The position numbers and the translations under genes were made by a program. Positions 1 to 8,125 of a stretch of 64,000 bases of DNA are shown here, one piece after another. The notes under the pieces are model-generated. The model searched no databases, was not told where the DNA came from, and was given only the letters and a program-made list of their open reading frames with translations. How positions within the stretch are numbered: the first letter of the stretch is position 1; every line of letters begins with the position of its first letter. The stretch lies in contig JBBQFI010000014.1 in assembly GCA_038321775.1 (NCBI GenBank), positions 536-64,535 on the forward strand. Direction: 5' to 3'. The DNA is from Chthoniobacterales bacterium. GTDB lineage: Bacteria; Verrucomicrobiota; Verrucomicrobiia; Chthoniobacterales; UBA10450.

Positions 1-687
1 GCCATCGCTCGCGCCCACATAGCCAACCGAGCGGCGAATGAATTCCGGCGCGCAACCCATGACCAGATGCAGATCGTCGCGCCAGGCCCGTACCAAACTT
101 CGGCCGCCGTTGTTGCAGATCGCGGCGGAATTATGATACCCCTCGCGCTTGAGATGCGGCGCGAGCAAAACGAAGACGCGCAGCTTCTTCCCTAACGACT
201 TGTCGAGAATCTCCACCCGTGTGTGCATGAGCAGCACGGAGGAATGGGGATCGGTCGCGATTTCCTTGATGATGCGATAGCGCCCTTCGCGATCAGTATT
301 CGTTAGGCGATAAAGGAGCGCGCCGTCTTCCGGATACTCGATCTTGTGCTCGAGGTCGCGCCGTTCTTCGTGGCAAAAAGTTTCGCCATCGGTGATGAGA
401 AATTGCAGGTCGCGCGTGTTCGGCTGGTCGACATGCGGATAATAAATTTCATTGATGATCCCATGCGAAATGGTGAACCAAAGCCGGCAGCTCGAATGAT
501 AAGCCGTGCCGATTCCATCCTTCGCGCTCCGCGTCCAGCGCGGCTCCAAGCCCGGCGCCCCGAACGCGCCGCCGGGCGATTTGCCGCTGAGTTTGCGCCA
601 GACTTTTTCGCCCGCACGCTGGAGTTTCGTTTCGGGTGCGGGCGGCTCGTGCGGCACGGTGATGGGATCGGAGACTGGTGCAATCAT
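1..687 (-). CDS. Glycoside hydrolase family 15 glucoamylase-type enzyme, N-terminal part (gene continues past the left edge)
   Basis: Own translation of the minus strand from ATG at 687 stays open to position 1: MIAPVSDPITVPHEPP...GAPGLEPRWTRSAKDGIGTAYHSSCRLWFTISHGIINEIYYPHVDQPNTRDLQFLITDGETFCHEE. This is the typical N-domain of prokaryotic glucoamylases. It is absent from the ORF track because it has no stop in the window. Confidence 0.8.
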   Translation of the reverse strand, partial: MIAPVSDPITVPHEPPAPETKLQRAGEKVWRKLSGKSPGGAFGAPGLEPRWTRSAKDGIGTAYHSSCRLWFTISHGIINEIYYPHVDQPNTRDLQFLITDGETFCHEERRDLEHKIEYPEDGALLYRLTNTDREGRYRIIKEIATDPHSSVLLMHTRVEILDKSLGKKLRVFVLLAPHLKREGYHNSAAICNNGGRSLVRAWRDDLHLVMGCAPEFIRRSVGYVGASDG

Positions 688-825
688 GCAAGTCTTGTGA
701 GATCGACTGAGTGCAATTTATTCCCGCAGTTCCTCGCTAGGCGGAACGCTGGTGAGCGTCCGCTCGGAAACAAAAACCCGCCAACAGGAAAATGGATGAG
801 CGCGTAACATTTCGGTCCCACTTCA

Positions 826-3378
826 TCACAGACGCGGATCGACCGGCTCGCTTTCAAGGGCGAGAACTCCAAATACGCACTCATGCACGCGCCGGAGGGG
901 CTCGCGTTCGACGAACCGTTGGAGGGCTTCAACACCAAGTGCAAATTCGCGCAACGCAAGCGAGCGCTTGGCGGACAATCCGCGGGATCGCAGTCTCTCA
1001 AGGTTCGGCGGCGATGTATATTCGGGACCGTAGATGATGCGCAGGTATTCACGACCCCGGCATTTAACTGCCGGCTGAGTGATGCCGCGGCGCCCTTTCG
1101 CGACGAAGTTCAAAGGTTTCACCACCATCCCTTCGCCGCCGCGTTCAGTTAGCTCCTCCCACCAGCGGATTGCCGCGAGTTCACTTTCCGAATCGGTCAC
1201 ATTTACAAGGCGATATGGCGTCGGAAGTAGAAGCTCGGTGTCGGCTGCACAAATCTTCGCCAGCGTCTCCATATGCCAGACGTGATCTTTGTCGGTGAAG
1301 ACACCGCTCTCTGCCGCCAGTACATGAAACGGCGCGATCTTAAGATCAGAGACGGACGCGACCGGCCAGCAGTAGCCGCGATATGCTTCCACGTATTGAT
1401 CGACCATCGTCTTACGCTCGCGGTAGGCATCGAGTAACCCGCTGACCTCAAGTCCGTTTCCCTTCGCTTGTTCGAGCACGGCAATCGCCTCCGGTAAAGC
1501 AGCACGCGATGCCGCGCCAACAGCGGCATACTGCTGGCGGAGTAACTCCTGAGCTTTCGCCGACCACGGCATGAGTTCGCAGTCGAGGCAGACCCAGTCA
1601 GTTGTGAACTCGCTCCAGAAATTCGTCGCGTCGAGTGCTGCGCGCACGCGGCCGATCACCTCGCGTTCGACGACTTCATCGTCGAAGAAGCGCCGTCCGG
1701 TGCGCGTGTAACAGATCCCGCTTTCGCCAAGGACTCCGAACCGAGTGCGTGCTGCGTCTTCATCGCGGCAGATGACGAGAACCGCGCGCGAACCCATGTG
1801 CTTCTGCTCGCAAATGACCTGCGCGATTCCCTCGTGTCGATAGTAAGCAAATGCTTGAGCCGGATGTTCGAGCAGGCCTGGTTCCGTCGTCGTCTCCGTT
1901 GGCGACATCGTGGGCGGAAGATAGATGAGCCATTTGGGATTGGCGGCGAAGCGACTCATCACTTCCAAAGCCGCTATCGCGTTCTCTTCACGAATGGTGA
2001 CGTTGTGGTGCAGGCTCGTGGAAACGATCCGCTTCCCGAGGACATCATCCATGTCGAGCACGTCATCGAGCTGCTGTTGGCTCGTGAGTGGCGCTGTTCT
2101 TTCTGACGGAAGGAAGGGCTTAGCCGGAACGCAATAGGTCTCCGGCGCGGCTACCGAAACCAACTCCTTCTCCGGATATCTGAGGGCCGTGAGCTTTCCG
2201 CCGAACACGCAACCGGTGTCGATGTTGATCGTGCGGTTCAGCCATTCTGGCTCCGGTACGGGCGTGTGCCCATAGACCACCATTCCTCGTCCGCGGTAGT
2301 CGGCGGCCCAGTTATAGCGAACCGGTAATCCGAACTCGTCGTTCTCGCCTGTGGTTTCTCCGTAGAGGGCGAATTCACGCACACGACCGGAGCCGCGACC
2401 CTGCATCTCTTCCTTCATTCCGGCATGGGCAACGACAAGCCGGCCCTCGTCGAAGACGTAATGACTAACGAGTGCATCAATGAACTCCGCCGCCACCCGG
2501 CTGAACCCGTGATAACCCTGTTCGTAGTTCTCAAACTGCTGCAAGGACTCGGCGAGGCCGTGCTTGATCTGCACGTTCTTGCCCCAAACGGCTCGCATGA
2601 ACTTGATGTCATGATTGCCCGGAACACAGAACGCCTGGCCAGCTTTGACAGTTTCAATCGCGAGACGGACGACCTCCGGAATCTTCGGTCCGCGATCAAC
2701 GAGATCGCCGACAAAGATCAGCTTGCGCCTCTGTGGATGTAAATAGCTGCCGCCGGGCTGCGGTTCGTATCCGAGCTGCGCCAACAGCGTCACGAGTTCG
2801 TCGAAACATCCGTGGACATCGCCGATGATGTCGAAAGGACCGTGTTCGGTTCGGCGGTTATTCCAGAGCGGTTGACGCTCAACGACCGCAGCATCGACTT
2901 CCCCGGCGGATGACATCGTAAACGCATGTCGAAATCCTTCGCGTTGAAGTTTCCGCAGCGAGCGACGCAGTTGCTGGCTCTGCTGACGAATGACGTGAGG
3001 CCCAAACGTCCTGTCGGGTCGTCCGCTGTTGCGTTCCTGACAAAGTTTTTCAGGAAGGTCAAAGACGATAGCAACAGGCAGACAATGATATTGTCGCGCC
3101 AGCGCGACGAGCGGTTTGCGCGCCTCCTCCTGTACGTTCGTCGCATCTACGACAGTCAGTTTGGCCGCGGCGAGACGCTTCGAAGCAATGAAGTGTAACA
3201 CTTCGAAAGCATCTGTAGTCGCGGCTTGATTATTCTCATCATCCGACACCAATCCGCGGCAATAGTCCGACGAGAGAACCTCCGTCGGTTTGAAGTGCTG
3301 GCGCGCGAAGCTGGACTTGCCGGCACCAGAAGGGCCAATCAGTACAACAAGCGACAATTCAGGAAGTGTGATCTTCAT
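826..3378 (-). CDS. pnkp: Polynucleotide kinase-phosphatase (Pnkp): P-loop 5'-kinase, calcineurin-like 2',3'-phosphoesterase and C-terminal adenylyltransferase/ligase domains
   Basis: 850 aa. N-terminal Walker A (GPSGAGKSS), central metallophosphoesterase signatures (GDVHGC, GDLVDRG, GNHD), and a C-terminal ligase-like lysine motif (EQKHMGSR). It overlaps the upstream hen1 stop by 4 nt. Confidence 0.9.
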   Translation of the reverse strand: MKITLPELSLVVLIGPSGAGKSSFARQHFKPTEVLSSDYCRGLVSDDENNQAATTDAFEVLHFIASKRLAAAKLTVVDATNVQEEARKPLVALARQYHCLPVAIVFDLPEKLCQERNSGRPDRTFGPHVIRQQSQQLRRSLRKLQREGFRHAFTMSSAGEVDAAVVERQPLWNNRRTEHGPFDIIGDVHGCFDELVTLLAQLGYEPQPGGSYLHPQRRKLIFVGDLVDRGPKIPEVVRLAIETVKAGQAFCVPGNHDIKFMRAVWGKNVQIKHGLAESLQQFENYEQGYHGFSRVAAEFIDALVSHYVFDEGRLVVAHAGMKEEMQGRGSGRVREFALYGETTGENDEFGLPVRYNWAADYRGRGMVVYGHTPVPEPEWLNRTINIDTGCVFGGKLTALRYPEKELVSVAAPETYCVPAKPFLPSERTAPLTSQQQLDDVLDMDDVLGKRIVSTSLHHNVTIREENAIAALEVMSRFAANPKWLIYLPPTMSPTETTTEPGLLEHPAQAFAYYRHEGIAQVICEQKHMGSRAVLVICRDEDAARTRFGVLGESGICYTRTGRRFFDDEVVEREVIGRVRAALDATNFWSEFTTDWVCLDCELMPWSAKAQELLRQQYAAVGAASRAALPEAIAVLEQAKGNGLEVSGLLDAYRERKTMVDQYVEAYRGYCWPVASVSDLKIAPFHVLAAESGVFTDKDHVWHMETLAKICAADTELLLPTPYRLVNVTDSESELAAIRWWEELTERGGEGMVVKPLNFVAKGRRGITQPAVKCRGREYLRIIYGPEYTSPPNLERLRSRGLSAKRSLALREFALGVEALQRFVEREPLRRVHECVFGVLALESEPVDPRL

Positions 3379-4781
3379 GATCGTACTTCGAAGACGCCCA
3401 TCTGTGTCGGCGCGCCGACAATAGGATCTTCCGGGCCGACTGGCAGATATCGAACAGCGTAATTGAACCGCTCACCGATGCCGTTCGCCCACGATTGAAA
3501 CTGCTCGCGCGTCCATTCGAAGCGGTGGTCTTTGTGACGGAACTTGCCGGCCGGCAGCGTCTCCCATTTGACGTTGTACTCCGCATTCGGAGTGGTGAGG
3601 ACAACGGTTCGTGGCTTCGCGAATTCAAACAGCGTTCGCTCAAAAGCAGAGAGCCGCGGCGGATCCAAATGCTCGATCACTTCAACCACGGCCGCAGCGT
3701 CGTAGCCTGCGAGACGTTTGTCGCGATAGGTCAGCGAACCATGCACCAACTGGATGCGTTCTCGCTGCTTTGGCGGCAGGCGGTCAAAGTGCAGTCGGTC
3801 CTGCGTGATCTCCAAGGCGCGATACGACACGTCCATCCCGACGATCGCTTCGAATTGTTTGTCCTTTAACAGCTCGCGGAGCAATCGACCCTCGCCGCAA
3901 CCGAGATCAATCACGCGTTTCGCGCCCAAATTCTTGAGCGCCGCCAACACCGCACCGATGCGCAGATCGTTCAGGAGAATCTTCTCTTCGACCCGAGCCT
4001 CTTCCGCGGCATGAAGCTGCTCGGCCTGGTCAGGGTCGGGATTGTCGTCGTCGGTCAAACGCGAGAGCGCATCGTCCACGAGATTGCGCCGATGCTTCAG
4101 ATATCGCCGCGTGATCAGTTCGCGTTCGGGATGTGTCGCAAGCCATCCTTCGCCATGACGCAAGAGCTTCTCGACCTCGTCGTCGCCGACCCAGTAATGC
4201 TTGTCGTTATCCAACACCGGAATCAGCACGTAGAGGTGCGTGAGCAGCAACCGAAGCGGCACCGTCGCGCTTAGCGTCACAGTGAAATATGCGCTGGCAC
4301 CCCACTCCGGAAATTTCTCGTCCAGCACGAATCCCACGACTGTGACTGCGTAGCCGAGCGGTTCGAACAATCGTCGCAGAAAGTCTTCGCCGCCGCGGCA
4401 CGGCAGAACAGCAATTTTAACGGCGAGCGGAATCGGCGTCTCGACGAGTTCCGTACGCTCTTTGCTTTTGCCTGCCAGCGCGCTGCCAAACACGTCAGCG
4501 ATCGCGACGCTCATGAACGACGACGCGACATACGGTCGATCATTCACGTACTGCTCCAGACTTCGTCCCTCTCCGGCGGGACCGCGACGATTCCTGACCA
4601 GCCCAATCGGATCAACTTCGAGGAGCAATGCCGCCGTGCAGCGCTGTTCGGCGACTTCGGGATAGAACACGTGCGCCTTCCCGAACGCCAGATCGAAGCT
4701 TTGCGGACGCGCGGGATTCTTCCGAAGCAAGTGACCGAGATCGGTCGCCGGTTCGTGGGTCGTTGTGATTGTCAGCAGCAT
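3375..4781 (-). CDS. hen1: 3'-terminal RNA ribose 2'-O-methyltransferase Hen1
   Basis: 468 aa. Bacterial Hen1 N-terminal domain (MLLTITTTHEPATDLGHLLRKNP) plus a C-terminal class I SAM methyltransferase (VIDLGCGEGRLL). Translationally coupled to pnkp. Confidence 0.9.
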   Translation of the reverse strand: MLLTITTTHEPATDLGHLLRKNPARPQSFDLAFGKAHVFYPEVAEQRCTAALLLEVDPIGLVRNRRGPAGEGRSLEQYVNDRPYVASSFMSVAIADVFGSALAGKSKERTELVETPIPLAVKIAVLPCRGGEDFLRRLFEPLGYAVTVVGFVLDEKFPEWGASAYFTVTLSATVPLRLLLTHLYVLIPVLDNDKHYWVGDDEVEKLLRHGEGWLATHPERELITRRYLKHRRNLVDDALSRLTDDDNPDPDQAEQLHAAEEARVEEKILLNDLRIGAVLAALKNLGAKRVIDLGCGEGRLLRELLKDKQFEAIVGMDVSYRALEITQDRLHFDRLPPKQRERIQLVHGSLTYRDKRLAGYDAAAVVEVIEHLDPPRLSAFERTLFEFAKPRTVVLTTPNAEYNVKWETLPAGKFRHKDHRFEWTREQFQSWANGIGERFNYAVRYLPVGPEDPIVGAPTQMGVFEVRS

Positions 4782-4844
4782 TCGCGGTTGGTTTCTTCAT
4801 TCATACGAGACACCAAAACATCATTCAGAGACAGGGAGAAGGTC

Positions 4845-5015
4845 GCGCGCGATCTTTTATTGGGGCGACATCGACGCTCACGGATTCCTGATGCTGAGCC
4901 GCCTTCGTGAATCGTTCCCGCACGCCGCGCTGCGAAAGCGGGCTGACCGAGACGCGACTGCCTAACGAATTGAAATACGCCCGATTGCTGGAGGTGGCCC
5001 GCGCCGTCAGCTCAG
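4845..5015 (+). pseudogene. Remnant of a DUF2220/JetD-like (Wadjet Toprim-domain) gene, C-terminal fragment only
   Basis: ORF 4765..4965 encodes ...IFYWGDIDAHGFLMLSRLRESFPHA, resembling the conserved (F/Y)xGDxDxxGxxI/L core of the JetD/DUF2220 C-terminal domain. The roughly 300-aa N-terminal part is absent, and the reading frame appears to shift near 4930. Confidence 0.35.
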
Positions 5016-5018
5016 ATT

Positions 5019-5525
5019 CTAGCGAAACCGTTTACTCAGCTGACGCGCCGCTTCGGCGGCTTCGCCCAAGACCAGCGGCACAGTCGCGAATGTCGCCGCC
5101 GCTGCGATCAGACACCAAATGCAAAAGGCCTTGTGTCTGGCCCATTGATCATAACTTAGCCTCGCCGCCTGCGCCGCATCCGTGGTTGCTTTGGCGGCCA
5201 GCGCGAGCGGAATCCATGGCTGCTTTTGCGCGCGATTCTTCGGGCCCATCGCGGCCAGTCCCATGGTGACGGCGTAACTGCCGAGGCCGATGATCGCATC
5301 GCCCATTTGCAGGTGCGAGTAAGCTTCGTCCGACGCGTCCACCTTTTCGGCATCCATCAAAGGCAGTGGCAAGTCCGGCAGACGCCGGATGATGCCCGTT
5401 TGGTAAAGCGCTATCAGACCCATGCAGCCGATCGCGGTGAGCGAAAGCGCGATGACGCCACGCCGTTCCTCCAGGAAATCACCGGAACCCTTGCGCAATT
5501 CTTTGCTCAGCTCTTTAGGTGTCAT
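5019..5525 (-). CDS. Vitamin K epoxide reductase (VKOR)-family membrane protein
   Basis: 168 aa with about 4 hydrophobic helices and a CxxC-type motif (FCIWCL) in the last helix region, as in VKOR-like proteins. Confidence 0.5.
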   Translation of the reverse strand: MTPKELSKELRKGSGDFLEERRGVIALSLTAIGCMGLIALYQTGIIRRLPDLPLPLMDAEKVDASDEAYSHLQMGDAIIGLGSYAVTMGLAAMGPKNRAQKQPWIPLALAAKATTDAAQAARLSYDQWARHKAFCIWCLIAAAATFATVPLVLGEAAEAARQLSKRFR

Positions 5526-5544
5526 TTTTTGACGAGGCGGAAAT

Positions 5545-5967
5545 TTAATTTTCGACGTGTTCGATCTTGTTCAGGAAATGAATGACGATCGGTTTCGTGG
5601 AAAGTGGCTCTAACATCTTTACCCACGCCTTGGAGTAGGCAGAGGTGACGTGCGCATCGAAGGCTGCGGGGCTGGCATATTGTTCGTACCAGAAAATGTG
5701 TCCCGGATCTTTAGCTTCGAATTGCAGTTGATATTGGATGCAGCCGGGCTCTTTGCGGGACTTGGCGATATAGGCTGGTCCCTCCGATTTCACTCTTGCT
5801 ACACCCTCCGGCGTGAGAGAAACCTCGGCCACCATTGTGACCACGCTCGCAAGAAGCTTGGCTTTGATTTCGGGCGTCAAAGGAGAGACATCCGGGTCGC
5901 CGGCAGCGAACAATGATGGTGCCGCAAGAAATGTAGCGGCTAACAGGCAAAGGAAAATCTTAGTCAT
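5545..5967 (-). CDS. Secreted antibiotic-biosynthesis-monooxygenase (ABM)-domain protein
   Basis: 140 aa. Signal peptide (MTKIFLCLLAATFLAAPSLFAAG), then an ABM-like core (SRKEPGCIQYQL...DPGHIFWYEQYASPAAFDAHV). Confidence 0.6.
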   Translation of the reverse strand: MTKIFLCLLAATFLAAPSLFAAGDPDVSPLTPEIKAKLLASVVTMVAEVSLTPEGVARVKSEGPAYIAKSRKEPGCIQYQLQFEAKDPGHIFWYEQYASPAAFDAHVTSAYSKAWVKMLEPLSTKPIVIHFLNKIEHVEN

Positions 5968-6035
5968 AAATTTGTTTTTATTTTAGCAGCTCCTCCCACT
6001 GTTGAGAGCACGCAGAACGAATTTTATTGCAAGCG

Positions 6036-7034
6036 TTACTCTTTCCTTTCCGTGAATAGAACGCAGCCAAGTGCGAGGACGGCGGCCACACCTAGCGCCA
6101 GCGCTCCACGATTTTTCGTCGCCCAAAGTTGTTTGCATTCGGCGGAGGAGCGGTCATCGAATCGGCCATGCGCATCGTGATCGCCCGGCACTGGTTCGAA
6201 CAAGTTGTTAGGCCGATCGGGATTCTCCGCTTCGTTGGTCTGTTGACCGTCATATCCCGTTTTGCCCAAATAGCGATCGAGCAAACCAGGCGCGATTTTA
6301 TTGCCGACGATTGCCTCCACCGTCGGCATACCGACGAACAGCTCGCGCCGCTTCGCATGGGCGGCGAAGTAAATCGCTTCCGCTGCTACTTCCGGTTGAA
6401 AGATCGGCGGGACAGGCTGCGCCTTTCGCGGCAGACGGCTTTTCGTCCAGCCGAATTGCGGAGTATTCAGCGCCGGCATCTGCACCATCGTCACATGCAC
6501 CTTGCTGCCGTCGTGGATTAATTCGCAGCGCAGCGAATCGGTGAAGCCGCGCTCGGCATGCTTGGCCGCGCAGTAGGCCGCCTGCAACGGGATGCTGCGA
6601 TACGAAAGCGCGGAACCGACCTGCACGATCGTGCCGCGATTGCGCGGCAGCATGCGTTTCAAGGCGGCGAGCGTTCCATGCACTACGCCGAGATATGTAA
6701 CTTCGGTCACGCGCCGGAATTCCTCCGCCGTCATTTCTTTAATCGGCGAAAACACGCTCACCATGGCGTTGTTCACCCAGATATCGATCGCGCCGAATTC
6801 GCGCTCGACTGTTTCCGCCGCGGCTTCTACCGCCGCCGCGTCCGCGACATCGGCCACGAGAACGAGCGCGCGTCCGCCGGCTTGTTCGACTTCGCGGCGC
6901 GCCGCTTCCAGTCCATCGCGGCCGCGCGCGATCAAGCCGATGTGTGCGCCGCGTTTTGCGAACTCGCGCACCGCAGCACGACCGAGGCCGGCTGAAGCGC
7001 CGGTGATGACAACGACTTCTGGTTTAGATTTCAT
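6036..7034 (-). CDS. SDR-family oxidoreductase with C-terminal membrane anchor
   Basis: TGASAGLGR cofactor motif and YCAAK catalytic motif. The start is taken at the internal ATG 7034 (MKSKPEVVVITGAS) rather than the ORF-track maximum at 7139. Confidence 0.85.
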   Translation of the reverse strand: MKSKPEVVVITGASAGLGRAAVREFAKRGAHIGLIARGRDGLEAARREVEQAGGRALVLVADVADAAAVEAAAETVEREFGAIDIWVNNAMVSVFSPIKEMTAEEFRRVTEVTYLGVVHGTLAALKRMLPRNRGTIVQVGSALSYRSIPLQAAYCAAKHAERGFTDSLRCELIHDGSKVHVTMVQMPALNTPQFGWTKSRLPRKAQPVPPIFQPEVAAEAIYFAAHAKRRELFVGMPTVEAIVGNKIAPGLLDRYLGKTGYDGQQTNEAENPDRPNNLFEPVPGDHDAHGRFDDRSSAECKQLWATKNRGALALGVAAVLALGCVLFTERKE

Positions 7035-7191
7035 AAAAATTGCGGCGCGGGCAGAATTAGAAGCGTTTCGGTTTACTGGATATCTTCTCTTAGATCGGAT
7101 CGAATGTAATCTGAAACGGATGTGAGCGGCTTGGCGCATTGCTTATTCCCAAAGAGTTTTTTCGGAAGGCTCGCCGGAATAAAACGCGCGG

Positions 7192-7557
7192 ATGCAACTC
7201 GAAGAGAGAAGCCATCCAAATTTTTTCATGAACGTGACCCATATTTTTGCAGCCGGCAGCGGCTTTCGTGTTCTCGAGACGACGGAGCGGAGTCAAACCG
7301 GTCTGCTCACACTCGAGCCGGGCGAATCCAGCAGCGAGAAGCCGAGCATACACAAGGATAGCGACCAGACGCTCATTCTCCTCGTCGGCGAACTGCGAGC
7401 GGAGATCGGTGACGAACAAGCCATACTAGAAGACGGAGACGCCGTGCTCGTTCCCGCGAAAACGCCACATCGATTTACTAATACCGGCAAAAGTCGCGCG
7501 ACTACGTTCAGCGTTTACGCGCGGCCCGCTTTTCCGCCTAACGAGCAGAGCGAATAA
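7192..7557 (+). CDS. Cupin-domain protein
   Basis: 121 aa with cupin-like motifs (HKDSDQTLILLVGEL ... GDAVLVPAKTPHRFTN). Confidence 0.7.
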   Translation: MQLEERSHPNFFMNVTHIFAAGSGFRVLETTERSQTGLLTLEPGESSSEKPSIHKDSDQTLILLVGELRAEIGDEQAILEDGDAVLVPAKTPHRFTNTGKSRATTFSVYARPAFPPNEQSE

Positions 7558-7579
7558 CCAAACAATTAACCAAATCAAT

Positions 7580-8089
7580 ATGCTTGCGTCCTCTTCCTTG
7601 CAGCCACCTTCTTCATCACGCGATGCTCTTAGCATTGGCAAAGCGATTGTCTTCGGGCTGGTCGCCGGTCTCGTCGCCAGCGGTGTCAAAACCATTTGCG
7701 AATTGATTTCACCGCCGCGGCTGCCCGGGGAACTGTCGCCGTTGGGGAAGATGATCGATTACGGTTCGGTCCTCGCGACTGGCGAACCGATGGCGGAGTC
7801 GGCCCGGAAACTGACCGAGCCTTTTGTGCATTTCGGTTTTGGCGCGGCTGCGGCCGCGATCTATGTCGTCGTCTCGGAACGTTTCCCGATTTTGCGCACG
7901 GGTTGCGGTTCACTTTTCGGCGTCTTGTTCTGGTTAGGCGTGCACGAAATCTTCTTGCCCCTGGCCGGGTTTTCCGCTTCGCCGGCCGTGATGACCTTCC
8001 GGGAACAAGGTAACGAATTTGTTTCGCACATTATTTTTGGCGTCACCGTTGAACTCGTTAGGCGCGGGCTGACCTGGAAATTGGCCTAA
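7580..8089 (+). CDS. DUF1440/YagU-like inner-membrane protein
   Basis: 169 aa with four hydrophobic segments and general similarity to the YagU family. The stop codon lies inside a copy of the 9-mer word. Confidence 0.45.
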   Translation: MLASSSLQPPSSSRDALSIGKAIVFGLVAGLVASGVKTICELISPPRLPGELSPLGKMIDYGSVLATGEPMAESARKLTEPFVHFGFGAAAAAIYVVVSERFPILRTGCGSLFGVLFWLGVHEIFLPLAGFSASPAVMTFREQGNEFVSHIIFGVTVELVRRGLTWKLA

Positions 8090-8092
8090 CGA
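8055..8092. repeat. Inverted pair of the abundant 9-mer (TCGTTAGGC ... GCCTAACGA) separated by 20 nt at the 3' end of the preceding gene
   Basis: ctcgttaggcgcgggctgacctggaaattggcctaacgatc read directly. The two arms are exact reverse complements and could form a 9-bp stem. Confidence 0.8.
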
Positions 8093-8125
8093 TCAAACGG
8101 TGCAGCGCGCGCGGCGTCTTGATTC

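Noticed and set aside
826-4781. Absence of the abundant 9-mer from pnkp-hen1 as evidence for recent horizontal transfer
   Set aside because: Only about 2 copies would be expected in 4 kb, so the Poisson probability of zero is about 0.1. Clearly core stretches such as 48.7..54.9 kb also lack it.
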